From positions 1 through 62,144 of the forward strand of contig CAIXLI010000074.1 of the NCBI GenBank assembly GCA_903920205.1: DNA of 62,144 nt. Reading direction: 5' to 3'. Below, in pieces: positions 38,079 through 47,477 of the stretch. The notes beneath the pieces are model-generated. The model ran no database searches and was not told the DNA's origin. It saw nothing but the letters and a program-made list of their open reading frames with translations. Source of the DNA: an uncultured Pseudomonadota bacterium. GTDB taxonomy: Bacteria > Pseudomonadota > Alphaproteobacteria > UBA9219. The translations under genes and the position numbers were made by a program. Positions within the stretch are counted from its first letter, which is position 1. Every line of letters starts with the position of its first letter.

Positions 38079-38271
38079 GGTTGAACGCTTTACTTGTTGG
38101 TTGAAACGAGTCTGGTCGCCACAAAAGGCCGACACCCCTTTCTACCCAATGTGAGTCTTTCATGCAACGCGGAATGAAAATAAGTGAACACGTCATTGAC
38201 CGGAGGAATCCCAACCTCCTAGAGTGGCTCCACTGATTCGTCCCCTCCGGCAGGCAAAAAGTGAAAAAAGC

Positions 38272-38763
38272 ATGAATCCCTCGCCAACCACCGTTCTCTT
38301 CCTGTCTACCGGCGACGCTGCGCGGGGCATTCTGGCCGAAGCTTTGCTGCGCCACAAAGGTGGCGAACGCTTTGTCGCCCACAGCGCGGGCTACGCCATG
38401 GCGTCGAAAGTCGACCCTCGCACGCTGGAACTTCTGGAAGACAACGGCATTTTCACCGACGATCTGACCCCCAAGGGCTGGAAAGACTTTTTCGAATCGC
38501 CTCGGTCGATTTTGGTCGATGTGATCGTAACGTTGTCCGAAGAAGCCCGCGCCAACTGCCCACAATGGCCCGGCGATCCGGTGCGCGTGCATTGGCCCGT
38601 GGACGACCCCTCGGCGGCGACGTCGGAAGACGAACGCGAGTCGAAATTCCGCAAATGCTTCGCCACCATGCAAAACCGCGTCGAATCCCTTATCAAACAA
38701 CGCGCCCCGCATTCACCCGTGGAACTGATGCTCCAACTTCGCAGCATTGCGGCAGTGGTTTAG
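38272..38763 (+). CDS. LMW-PTP/ArsC-fold protein lacking the catalytic cysteine
   Basis: VLFLSTGDAARGILAE aligns with the CTGNSCRS P-loop of thioredoxin-type ArsC/LMW-PTP, with Cys to Ser, Asn to Asp and Cys to Ala. The VDDP block is retained. Confidence 0.6.
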   Translation: MNPSPTTVLFLSTGDAARGILAEALLRHKGGERFVAHSAGYAMASKVDPRTLELLEDNGIFTDDLTPKGWKDFFESPRSILVDVIVTLSEEARANCPQWPGDPVRVHWPVDDPSAATSEDERESKFRKCFATMQNRVESLIKQRAPHSPVELMLQLRSIAAVV

Positions 38764-38865
38764 CGCACGAGCCGCCTTGACTTTTCGTGAATTTCCGTAT
38801 ATACGGTAAATATACAGATCGACTTTGATCCCGTCAAAAGCGCACGCAATCAAAGCGAACGACGG

Positions 38866-39087
38866 GTGCCCTTTGACAAAGCGGCGGATTTTAGGTGGTC
38901 GGACGCGTTGATCTGGCAGGATACGCGAAAGAAATATCCAGAAACGCGAATGTTGGGGCTTGGTTATATAGGCGAGAGACTCCACGTTTTGTGCTTCGTC
39001 CCTACCGACGATGGAATCCGCGTTATCAGTTTAAGAAAAGCGAACGCAAGGGAGAAAAAACGCTATGAAGCGCAAACCGATGATTGA
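38866..39087 (+). CDS. brnT: BrnT-like (DUF497) ribonuclease toxin; conserved N-terminus extends upstream of the annotated GTG
   Basis: ...GERLHVLCFVPTDDGIRVISLRKANAREKKRY. The in-frame upstream stretch from 38791 reads IQIDFDPVKSARNQSERRVPF, which matches the F-x-WD-x-x-K...KHGVSF start of BrnT. That stretch contains no ATG, GTG or TTG. Confidence 0.65.
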   Translation: MPFDKAADFRWSDALIWQDTRKKYPETRMLGLGYIGERLHVLCFVPTDDGIRVISLRKANAREKKRYEAQTDD

Positions 39088-39343
39088 CAAAAACGGAGAA
39101 GTCCGCGAACTGACCAAGGCCGATATGCGCCGCTTTCGCCCCGCCCACGAGGTTGTTCCGCATATCGTGAAGGCTTATCAAACAGGGGCTTTGCGCGTGC
39201 GCGGACGCCCCAAATCATCCCAAAAAAGCGCCGTAAGCTTGCGTCTTGATAACGATGTCATTGAGGCCTTACGCGCAACAGGCGCGGGGTGGCAAACCCG
39301 CGTTAATGATCTTTTGAAGGCAGCCATAGATGTAAGGACGTAA
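39065..39343 (+). CDS. brnA: BrnA-like antitoxin (DUF4415 type)
   Basis: RGRPKSSQKSAVSLRLDNDVIEALRATGAGWQTRVNDLLKAAI. Overlaps the toxin gene end by 23 nt. Confidence 0.75.
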   Translation: MKRKPMIDKNGEVRELTKADMRRFRPAHEVVPHIVKAYQTGALRVRGRPKSSQKSAVSLRLDNDVIEALRATGAGWQTRVNDLLKAAIDVRT

Positions 39344-39433
39344 ATAGATTCTAGCTGAATCGTTATTTCCCTTTTGACTCCCCGCCCCGTTTCCCCTATC
39401 TGTCCCGCACACGCTCAATCTTAACGGTGGTGA

Positions 39434-39691
39434 ATGTCTTTGCCGGTCAGCAAAAGCACGCGCTCCCCTTTTTTAATGGAAGATTTTTATATGGCTGATT
39501 TTATCGCCCATGAAGAAACAAACGTGACAGAATTGTTAGACAGAGCAGCCAATCTAAGCCCTGATTTATTGATATCACTGGTGGCTGCATACGGCATCAC
39601 GCCGGGGAAAAAGACTCCAGAGCGTCCGAACATGACTCCCCTGAATCCCCGTCAGCTTGCCGCGATCCTCAATCAACCCGCAGGGCGATAA
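39434..39691 (+). CDS. Small hypothetical protein
   Basis: 85-aa ORF (alternative start MADFIAHE). No recognisable motif. It sits in an otherwise empty gap. Confidence 0.3.
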   Translation: MSLPVSKSTRSPFLMEDFYMADFIAHEETNVTELLDRAANLSPDLLISLVAAYGITPGKKTPERPNMTPLNPRQLAAILNQPAGR

Positions 39692-39698
39692 CTTAACG

Positions 39699-40943
39699 TT
39701 AAGCGACCCGCGCCGCCGCGCCCGAAGCCATGCGTCCCGCCGGATACATCAGGGCTTCGTAAAGCTCCATCATGCCGTTAAACCAATTGGCTTGCGGGAA
39801 ATTGTCTTCGATGAAATAGCGTGTGTTGTCTGCCAGACTCACGCGCTGGTCGGTATTCATATGCGCGGCGTCGTGCAAAGCTTTCGCCAGCGCGACGGGA
39901 TTTTCAGGCGGAAGGACCCATGCGGTTTCGTCCTTCAACACCATTTCCTCGTTCGCGCCCGCCGTCGTGATGATAACGGGACGCCCCAAAGCCTGCGCCC
40001 CCAGAATTTCCATATTCTGCCCCCGCGTCGCACTGTTGGGCGCAACCACCACATTCGCCAGCCAAAACGCCGCAGGCCAATCGGGACATGTTTCCGGCAT
40101 AATGACTTTGCCGTTCAAACCCATGCTATCGACGCTTTGTTCGATTTGCTGACGCATGCCCGGAGCATTGCGGTCGCTGCCCACCATAATGGCATACAGG
40201 TTTTCTTCTTTAATTCGCGCCAAGGCCTGCAGAAAAACGGCATGCCCCATCTGCGGTTCAATAGGCATCGGCACAAGCACGACCATCGCGTGTTCGGGCA
40301 AACGCCACAGGCGGCTAAGGTTATGCAAACGCTCGGCGCTGATCGCCGCCGTGTTATAGCTTTGCAGATCGACGCCCGGTGGAACACAAGCCACGACGGC
40401 GGGGTTGATCTGAAACATCGACGTCAAATGCTTTGCCATCATGCGGGTCGGCACGCGCACGGTGCAGGATGTCTGCGCCATCTGCGCGATCAGACGATGC
40501 GTCGCGGGAATATCGGGCAAAGGCTGGGTAAGATCGATAATCAAAGGCAGGCGATGTTGCAAAGAAAGGCGACACCCCATGTCAATCGTACCGCGCCCAT
40601 GCGCATGAACCAAAGCAGGGCGTTCGCGCTGCACCAAGGCTTCCAGATGCACGCGGTTGCGCCAATTGGCGAACATGCCGTGGCGGTCGAGCGGCATCCG
40701 CACATGCTTGACAGCGGCGCGTTCCGCCTCGGTCACCAAAGCGCCGCCGCCCGACGCGATCATCGCGCGCCAACCCAAACGCTGCGTCAAAACAGCCAAG
40801 GTCACGGTCTCGCGCGCCGGATCGCCGTAATCGAGATCGGCGCACAAATGCAGAACGCCCGCGCGGTTGTTGCGGCGAGAACCCGTTTGGAGAGAGGGGG
40901 CTTTCAGAGGTGGCGCTTTTTTGTTAAAACTGTTCTGGCTCAT
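39699..40943 (-). CDS. Glycosyltransferase family 1
   Basis: GT-B layout. VVAPNSATRGQNMEILGAQALGRPVI corresponds to the E-x7-E region. Confidence 0.75.
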   Translation of the reverse strand: MSQNSFNKKAPPLKAPSLQTGSRRNNRAGVLHLCADLDYGDPARETVTLAVLTQRLGWRAMIASGGGALVTEAERAAVKHVRMPLDRHGMFANWRNRVHLEALVQRERPALVHAHGRGTIDMGCRLSLQHRLPLIIDLTQPLPDIPATHRLIAQMAQTSCTVRVPTRMMAKHLTSMFQINPAVVACVPPGVDLQSYNTAAISAERLHNLSRLWRLPEHAMVVLVPMPIEPQMGHAVFLQALARIKEENLYAIMVGSDRNAPGMRQQIEQSVDSMGLNGKVIMPETCPDWPAAFWLANVVVAPNSATRGQNMEILGAQALGRPVIITTAGANEEMVLKDETAWVLPPENPVALAKALHDAAHMNTDQRVSLADNTRYFIEDNFPQANWFNGMMELYEALMYPAGRMASGAAARVA

Positions 40944-41066
40944 CGTATCAATGATTGTGGGGTTGTCGCGCCTTAGGATCGGGACGCGATGCTAGCGGTT
41001 TAAGCGATAAAGACAAGCCCCGCGTCGCACAGCACCAAACTTTTGGCCTGCAAGGAAAAAGACACC

Positions 41067-41825
41067 ATGACGATCGAGTTTCTTAGTCTAGCGGAAGGCA
41101 GCCTTGCTTATCAACGACAAGTTGGAAATAAAAATTCTCCAGGCGTGTTTTTTCTCTCCGGATTCGCTTCAGATATGGAGGGAACCAAGCCAAGCTTCCT
41201 GTCGCAACGCTGCGCGGCGGAGGTTATCCCCTTTATACGCTTCGATTATCGCGGCTGCGGACGTTCGACAGGAAATTTCGCCGACGGAACAATCGGCGGA
41301 TGGCTTGAGGATTCTCTGGCGGTTTTCGACCAATTAACAGAAGGACCGCAGATCGTCGTGGGCTCCTCCATGGGCGGCTGGCTGGGTTTGCTGCTAACGC
41401 AAGCGCGACCCGAGCGAATCAAGGCGTTGATCGGCATAGCCGCCGCGCCCGATTTCACCGAAGATTTGGTGTGGGAAAAACTGACCCCAACAAAGCGCGA
41501 GGATGTTTTGCGTACAGGCGTGTTTGAACAAGGGAAAGCCGCCGAGGATTCCCGCCCCCCGATAACCTTGCGCCTGATCGAAGAAGCCCGCGCCCATCTT
41601 GTTTTGCGCCGCCCTTTACCGCTCACCTGCCCCGTTCGCCTTTTACAGGGTATGCAAGACCAAGAAGTTCCGTGGACTCACGCCACGCGCCTCGCCGAAC
41701 ATATCGCCCAAGATGATGTCCACATCACCTTCATCAAGAACGGCGACCACCGCCTGAGCACGCCGCAGGATTTGGAATTGTTGTGGGATACAATCGGAGA
41801 GTTTGTCCCTCCTTCTCGCGCGTAA
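41067..41825 (+). CDS. Alpha/beta-fold hydrolase
   Basis: GVFFLSGFASDMEG, nucleophile elbow VGSSMGG, distal GDH. Confidence 0.8.
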   Translation: MTIEFLSLAEGSLAYQRQVGNKNSPGVFFLSGFASDMEGTKPSFLSQRCAAEVIPFIRFDYRGCGRSTGNFADGTIGGWLEDSLAVFDQLTEGPQIVVGSSMGGWLGLLLTQARPERIKALIGIAAAPDFTEDLVWEKLTPTKREDVLRTGVFEQGKAAEDSRPPITLRLIEEARAHLVLRRPLPLTCPVRLLQGMQDQEVPWTHATRLAEHIAQDDVHITFIKNGDHRLSTPQDLELLWDTIGEFVPPSRA

Positions 41826-41927
41826 CGCGTATAGGGAGACCCCCGATATTTACCAATTTTTTACTTTCCCTGACGCACCCTTCGGCCCTAACCTCGAACG
41901 ATCTTGAATCAAAAAAAGGAGACACCC

Positions 41928-42170
41928 ATGTCCGCAAAAACAGTTCTGGGAAAGACGGTTCTTGTCCTTGGCGTTCTGGCGATGACGGGATGCGCCGATA
42001 TGACCAGCCAACAACAACGCATGGTGTCGGGCGGCGCGGCGGGTGCCGCTATCGGCGCGGTCGGCACAGTCATGACGGGCGGTTGCGTCGCTTGCGGTGC
42101 TGCGATTGGCGGCGCGGTCGGCACAGGCGCGGGCTATGTGATCGATAAGATCGAGAAAAACGGCAAGTAG
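41928..42170 (+). CDS. Small glycine-zipper lipoprotein
   Basis: AAGGAG RBS, lipobox LAMTGC, GGAAGAAIGAVG...GAAIGGAVGTGAG glycine zipper. Confidence 0.7.
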   Translation: MSAKTVLGKTVLVLGVLAMTGCADMTSQQQRMVSGGAAGAAIGAVGTVMTGGCVACGAAIGGAVGTGAGYVIDKIEKNGK

Positions 42171-42179
42171 CCCCTTTTC

Positions 42180-43082
42180 ATGAAACCGAAAGCCGCCTCG
42201 GCTATTCGTATCGAATTAAACGCCGTCATTGTCGCCGTCGAGGATTCCGTTCCTTATCTGTTGACCGCCGATGGGCTTGCCTTGCCTTCGGGTCCTTTGG
42301 AAACCGCGCACCGCACGTTGGAACAAGGTCTAAGGGCGTGGGCAAAGCTTAAAGGCCAACAGGCGCTGGGCTATGTCGAGCAGCTTTACACCTTTGCCGA
42401 CCGAGGACGAACGTCCGTCGGCGAACGCGCCGTTTCTATCGGCTATCTGGCGCTGGTTCACGAAGCGACAGAGGCGCAAGGCGCGGCGCGGTCGCCCTGG
42501 TATCTGCATTTCCCGTGGGAAGACCACCGCGACGGCGCACCCAAGATTATTGGCTCCCTTATCATGCCCGCACTGACGGCATGGAAGAACGCCGCCCCCG
42601 ACTCTGCCGCCAAACGCGAACGAGCGGAGCGTATCAGCATCGCCTTTCCCGCCGATCCCCGCGCATGGAACGAAGAACTTGTTTTGCAGCGTTACGAGCT
42701 TCTGTGGGAGGCGGGGCTTGTGGCGGAAGCCGGAAAGAACGCGAAAAATACGCTGGGGCTAGCGATGCCCTATGACCATCGCCGCATCGTCGCCACCGCC
42801 ATGGCGCGGCTTCGCGCCAAGATCAAATACCGCCCCGTCGTGTTCGAACTCCTGCCCCCGCAATTCACGCTGTTACAGTTGCAAAACACGGTAGAAGCGT
42901 TGGCGGGATTGCGCCTTCACAAACAAAACTTCCGCCGCTTGGTCGAAGCGCAAGGCTTGGTCGAAGAAACAGGCGCCATGACAAGCGGCATATCCGGCCG
43001 CCCCGCCAAACTCTTCGCCTTCCGCCGCCAAGTTTTGCAAGAACGCGGCACGGCGGGAACCAAGCTGCCGAGAACGAATTGA
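42180..43082 (+). CDS. nrtR: NrtR-like Nudix-related transcriptional regulator (degenerate Nudix box plus C-terminal wHTH)
   Basis: N-terminal Nudix-fold region with a non-canonical box (GPLETAHRTLEQGLRAWAKLKG). C-terminal FTLLQLQNTVEALAG...NFRR wHTH-like segment. Located directly upstream of nadABC. Confidence 0.6.
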   Translation: MKPKAASAIRIELNAVIVAVEDSVPYLLTADGLALPSGPLETAHRTLEQGLRAWAKLKGQQALGYVEQLYTFADRGRTSVGERAVSIGYLALVHEATEAQGAARSPWYLHFPWEDHRDGAPKIIGSLIMPALTAWKNAAPDSAAKRERAERISIAFPADPRAWNEELVLQRYELLWEAGLVAEAGKNAKNTLGLAMPYDHRRIVATAMARLRAKIKYRPVVFELLPPQFTLLQLQNTVEALAGLRLHKQNFRRLVEAQGLVEETGAMTSGISGRPAKLFAFRRQVLQERGTAGTKLPRTN

Positions 43083-43308
43083 TCCGACAGCACATACCCC
43101 CTCTATTTTTCCTCACTCCCCCGTCATTCCGCAAATTTTTCTCTTCGCGCCCTTTCTTGCGCGAAAGAAAATTTATGCGAAATCCCATTTGTTTTCTTTG
43201 AGAGGGCACCCTATTAGGTATGCATGGATTTTTTAGTGGATTTCAGAACCTGAAGATATTAGGATTCGTCCATTCATCGGGGGCAGAGTTTTCCCCGTTT
43301 TTTCAGGG

Positions 43309-43339
43309 CCTATATATGCTCATAATGAGCATATATAGG
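43309..43339. promoter_or_regulatory. 31-bp perfect palindrome overlapping the likely nadA promoter (candidate NrtR operator)
   Basis: CCTATATATGCTCAT-A-ATGAGCATATATAGG, with 15-bp arms. It ends 21 nt before the nadA ATG. Confidence 0.6.
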
Positions 43340-43360
43340 AATCGAGCTTGAGGAGCCACT

Positions 43361-44359
43361 ATGGGCATACTTCCTTCTCAAACCGCCGATGCTTTACGGC
43401 GCACCGCCGCACTCTACGAGCGGGTTCAGTCCGTCATTCCCGCGATGGAATGGGCGACCTTTGCCGATGATGTCGACGCCATTTTGCGCCTGAAGAAAGA
43501 ACGCAACGCGGTTATCCTCGCCCATAATTACATGCGTCCCGAAATTTTTCACGGCGTCGCGGATATTCAGGGCGACTCTTTGGCCTTGGCGCGAGAAGCG
43601 GCGAAGGTCGAGGCCGAGGTCATCGTCGTCGCAGGCGTGCATTTCATGGCCGAAACCGCGAAATTGCTGAACCCTTCGCGCACCGTTTTGATCCCCAATT
43701 TGCAAGCGGGTTGTTCCTTGGCGGAATCGATCACCCCCGAAGATGTCCGCGCCATGCGCCAACGTTATCCGAACACGCCGGTCGTCACTTACGTCAACAC
43801 CTCGGCGGCGGTGAAGGCGGAATCCGATATTTGCTGTACCTCGGGCAATGCCAAAAAGATCGTTGAATCTTTGGGCGTCCCGCAAGTCATTATGCTGCCC
43901 GACACCTATCTGGCGCAAAACGTCGCTAAGGAAACACAGGTTAAAATCATCCCGTGGCAAGGCAAGTGCGAGGTGCATGAACGCTTCACCGCCGCCGACA
44001 TCACCTTGTTCCGCGAACAAAACCCGGGCGTGATCGTTTTGGCGCATCCCGAATGCCCGCCCGAAGTCGTCGCTGCCTCCGACTACGCCGGATCGACCGC
44101 AGGCATGATCGCATGGGTCGGGGAGCATAAACCCGCCCGCGCCGTTCTTCTGACCGAATGTTCGATGAGCGACAATGTCGCCGTCAATCATCCGCAGACC
44201 AGCTTTGTGCGCCCCTGCCAGCTTTGCCCGCACATGAAGCGCATCACCTTGGCGAATATCCGCGCCGCCTTGGAAAACAACCAGCACGAAGTCACCATCC
44301 CCGAAGCCATCATCCCCCCTGCCCGTCGCGCCGTCGAGCGCATGATCGCCGTACAGTGA
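43361..44359 (+). CDS. nadA: Quinolinate synthase
   Basis: [24 protein letters not shown] and LAHPEC blocks. Confidence 0.9.
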   Translation: MGILPSQTADALRRTAALYERVQSVIPAMEWATFADDVDAILRLKKERNAVILAHNYMRPEIFHGVADIQGDSLALAREAAKVEAEVIVVAGVHFMAETAKLLNPSRTVLIPNLQAGCSLAESITPEDVRAMRQRYPNTPVVTYVNTSAAVKAESDICCTSGNAKKIVESLGVPQVIMLPDTYLAQNVAKETQVKIIPWQGKCEVHERFTAADITLFREQNPGVIVLAHPECPPEVVAASDYAGSTAGMIAWVGEHKPARAVLLTECSMSDNVAVNHPQTSFVRPCQLCPHMKRITLANIRAALENNQHEVTIPEAIIPPARRAVERMIAVQ

Positions 44360-45804
44360 TGAAGCCCGTAATTCTCGGCGCAGGGCTTGCAGGATTGTCG
44401 ACGGCCTTGGCGCTGGCGCCTTTGCCCGTCACCGTTGTTTCTCCCTGCGCCTTGGGCGACGGATGTAGCAGCGCATGGGCGCACGGAGGCATAGCGGCAG
44501 CCCTGAGCGCAGACGACTCCGCCGATTTTCATGCCGAGGATACGCTGGCCGCCGGAAACGGATTGAACGATCCCGCAATAGTCGCGCAAATTACGCGTGA
44601 CGGAGCCGATGTGATCGACCGCCTTACGGCACTAGGCGTCGCTTTCGACCGCGACGCCCAAGGTGCCGTCCGCCTGAGGCTGGAAGCGGCGCATGGCAAA
44701 CGCCGCATCGTCCATGTCAAAGACGGCACGGGTTCAGCCGTGATGCAAGCCCTTATCAAAGCCGCCCGCGCCACGCCTTCGATAGAGTTTATCGAAAATG
44801 CGCGAGGCGTGGATTTAATGACGCAAGACGGCGGCATAACCGGAGTCGTCCTGCGCCAAGGCGCGAAAAACATTATCCTGCATACCGACCGCGTCGTTCT
44901 GGCGACAGGCGGTGCGGCGGCACTCTGGCGCGACACCACCAACCCGCATGAAAACTGGGGCGGAGGTCTGGCCTTGGCGGCACGAGCGGGGGCAACCCTA
45001 GGAGATTTGGAATTCGCGCAATTTCACCCCACCGCCATCGACATAGGCCGCGACCCCATGCCTTTGGCGAGCGAGTCCTTGCGGGGAGAAGGCGCTGTTT
45101 TGATCGACGAAACGGGTTCGCGCTTTACCGAAGAACTCCAACCCCGCGACATCGTCGCCCGCGCCATCAGCAACCACATCGCCCAAAGCCATCGCGTTTT
45201 CCTCGATGCGCGACAGGCGTTGGGGAACACCTTTGCCGCCCGTTTCCCGACCGTCTACGGGATATGCGCCTCGGCAGGAATTGATCCTTCTACCACGCCC
45301 ATTCCCGTCCGCCCCGCCGCGCATTACCACATGGGCGGCGTTCTGACCGACGCGCAAGGGCGCACCGATGTTGCGGGTCTATGGGCATGCGGCGAAGTCG
45401 CCTGCACAGGTCTTCACGGCGCGAACCGCTTGGCGAGCAATTCTCTTCTCGAAGCCGCAAGTTTTGGCTGGCGGGTCGCCGAAGGCATTAAAAACACGCC
45501 CCCCTCTTCGCGCAAGCAAGCATCCACCTCAACAAACCCACGCGCCGAAACCACCACCACCGATGCCGCAACAATCCGCGCCCTTATGTCCGATCATGTC
45601 GGCGTCATCCGCACCCGCGCCGGATTGGAACACGCCATAGCCCTACTAACCACCTTAGCGCATAAATCCGACATGGCCCTAGTCGGCTCCATGATCGCCC
45701 AATCCGCCCTCCAACGGGAAGAAAGCCGAGGCGCCCACTTCCGCCACGACTTCCCCCAAACCAACCCTATAGGCGAGAGGTCGCGGTTTCGGGTGCAGGG
45801 ATGA
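44359..45804 (+). CDS. nadB: L-aspartate oxidase
   Basis: Start at the internal ATG overlapping the nadA stop (GTGATGA). ILGAGLAGLSTAL FAD-binding motif, HYHMGGV, GANRLASNSLLE. Confidence 0.9.
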   Translation: MKPVILGAGLAGLSTALALAPLPVTVVSPCALGDGCSSAWAHGGIAAALSADDSADFHAEDTLAAGNGLNDPAIVAQITRDGADVIDRLTALGVAFDRDAQGAVRLRLEAAHGKRRIVHVKDGTGSAVMQALIKAARATPSIEFIENARGVDLMTQDGGITGVVLRQGAKNIILHTDRVVLATGGAAALWRDTTNPHENWGGGLALAARAGATLGDLEFAQFHPTAIDIGRDPMPLASESLRGEGAVLIDETGSRFTEELQPRDIVARAISNHIAQSHRVFLDARQALGNTFAARFPTVYGICASAGIDPSTTPIPVRPAAHYHMGGVLTDAQGRTDVAGLWACGEVACTGLHGANRLASNSLLEAASFGWRVAEGIKNTPPSSRKQASTSTNPRAETTTTDAATIRALMSDHVGVIRTRAGLEHAIALLTTLAHKSDMALVGSMIAQSALQREESRGAHFRHDFPQTNPIGERSRFRVQG

Positions 45805-45971
45805 GATCGGTTTTGCTTTAAAGGAAAACTCAAAAGAACCAGATCGATAGGTTTACATGTAGAGACATATAGGGAATCATCAGACAATAAACATTACCAA
45901 AAGTCGCGTGACTCCTTCCCTTTTTTGAGCAAAGATTTCCGAAAGTTTCCCTTTTTTGTAGGATCATCCCC

Positions 45972-46532
45972 ATGCAAAATCTTATCAAAACTGCCTTACT
46001 CGTAGGTGTAACTTCCCTCGTTAGCTGTGCCTCGATTATTGATGGTCGTTCTCAGGAAATAGTTATCAATACAAACCCATCAGGCGCTACTTGCACTCTC
46101 ACACGCAATGAGATGCCCATAGGAACCGTCACCCCCACACCTAGTGCTGTCCTGATTGAAAAAACAAAATACGACATCATCATAAAATGCAATAAGGAAG
46201 GGTATCAAGAAGCAACCTATTTTAACAAATCAGGTTCTGCAGGATCTACTTTTGGCAATATCGTTCTTGGCGGCGGGATCGGTTGGGCTATCGACTCCGC
46301 CTCGGGCGCAGACAACAAATATGACAGCCCCGTAAACATCACCTTGCCAGCAGCAGAAATTGCCGACGAAGAAATAACCAAAAAGCCCACACACGCTCAT
46401 AAGGTAAAAGTAATGGCACAAGAAGCCCGCCCGACCCCAAAAGTGGAAACAGCGCCATCTGGCGGCACGGCTGAATCAGAAACAGGACAATCTGTATCAG
46501 CTTCGGCTGAAAAAGCAGACAAGACAGAGTGA
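45972..46532 (+). CDS. Lipoprotein, PEGA-like beta domain plus glycine-rich segment
   Basis: Lipobox LVSCAS. INTNPSGATCTL...YDIIIKCNKEGYQE resembles a PEGA domain. The gene is AT-rich and splits nadB from nadC. Confidence 0.6.
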   Translation: MQNLIKTALLVGVTSLVSCASIIDGRSQEIVINTNPSGATCTLTRNEMPIGTVTPTPSAVLIEKTKYDIIIKCNKEGYQEATYFNKSGSAGSTFGNIVLGGGIGWAIDSASGADNKYDSPVNITLPAAEIADEEITKKPTHAHKVKVMAQEARPTPKVETAPSGGTAESETGQSVSASAEKADKTE

Positions 46533-46616
46533 CACATCAGACAGGAACCATCTTAAAGTTATCCCGACCAGCATGAGCAATGATGCCTGATCGGAAATGT
46601 TCTAAGAGGACACCCC

Positions 46617-47477
46617 ATGCGCATCCCCCCCCTCCCCGATTTCCTGCTTTTGCCTTTGGTCGAGAATGCCTTGCGCGAGGATTTGGGGCGGGCGGGGGAC
46701 ATCACGACCAACGCCATCATCTCTGCTGACATACAATGGCAGGCGGCGCTTAATACACGCAATGCGGGAATTTTGGCAGGGGTGGATTTGGCACGACTGG
46801 CGTTTCATAGCCTCGACCCCACCGTCGTTTTTACGCCTTTGAAACAGGACGGCGACAGCGTGGCGGCGGGGGATTGCTTGGCGCGTGTTTCCGGCTCTGC
46901 CCGAAGCCTGTTATCCGCCGAACGCGTCGCGCTAAATTTTCTATGCCATCTCAGCGGCATAGCAAGCGAAACGCACAAACTTGTTGAGGCCATCAAGCCC
47001 CACAAAGCCCACATCGCCTGCACCCGCAAAACCACCCCTGGTCTACGCGCCATCGAAAAATACGCCGTTCGCGCAGGCGGCGGGGTCAATCACCGCTTCG
47101 GCCTCGACGACGCCGTGTTGATTAAAGACAATCATATAGCCGTCGCAGGCAGCATCCGCGCCGCCGTTGAAAGCGCCCGCAAGGCCGTGGGACATCTTGT
47201 TAAAGTCGAACTTGAAGTCGATACTCTGGCGCAGTTGGACGAGGCGATAACCCTGCTGCCATCCGCCCCCATCGATGTCGTCTTGCTGGACAACATGCCC
47301 CCCGCTACACTGAAACTTGCGGTTGAAAAAGTCGCGGGGCGTTTTGTCACCGAAGCCTCGGGCGGTGTCACCCTTTCGACCGTCACCGCCATCGCCGCGA
47401 CGGGGGTGGATGTGATCTCCGTCGGTTGGATCACCCACAGCGCCCCGATCCTCGATATCGGGCTGGATAGGGTTTAA
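46617..47477 (+). CDS. nadC: Nicotinate-nucleotide pyrophosphorylase (carboxylating)
   Basis: TRKTTPGLR, KYAVRAGGGVNHRFGL, LDNM. Confidence 0.9.
   Translation: MRIPPLPDFLLLPLVENALREDLGRAGDITTNAIISADIQWQAALNTRNAGILAGVDLARLAFHSLDPTVVFTPLKQDGDSVAAGDCLARVSGSARSLLSAERVALNFLCHLSGIASETHKLVEAIKPHKAHIACTRKTTPGLRAIEKYAVRAGGGVNHRFGLDDAVLIKDNHIAVAGSIRAAVESARKAVGHLVKVELEVDTLAQLDEAITLLPSAPIDVVLLDNMPPATLKLAVEKVAGRFVTEASGGVTLSTVTAIAATGVDVISVGWITHSAPILDIGLDRV

Noticed and set aside
36873-38084. 403-aa plus-strand ORF, plus the minus-strand off-frame ORFs 36076..36756 and 37960..38712
   Set aside because: All overlap thrS or its flank. thrS carries unambiguous class II synthetase motifs and the others have none.
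39657-40976. 439-aa plus-strand ORF
   Set aside because: It is antisense to a clear GT1 glycosyltransferase. It is His/Arg-rich with no domain signature.
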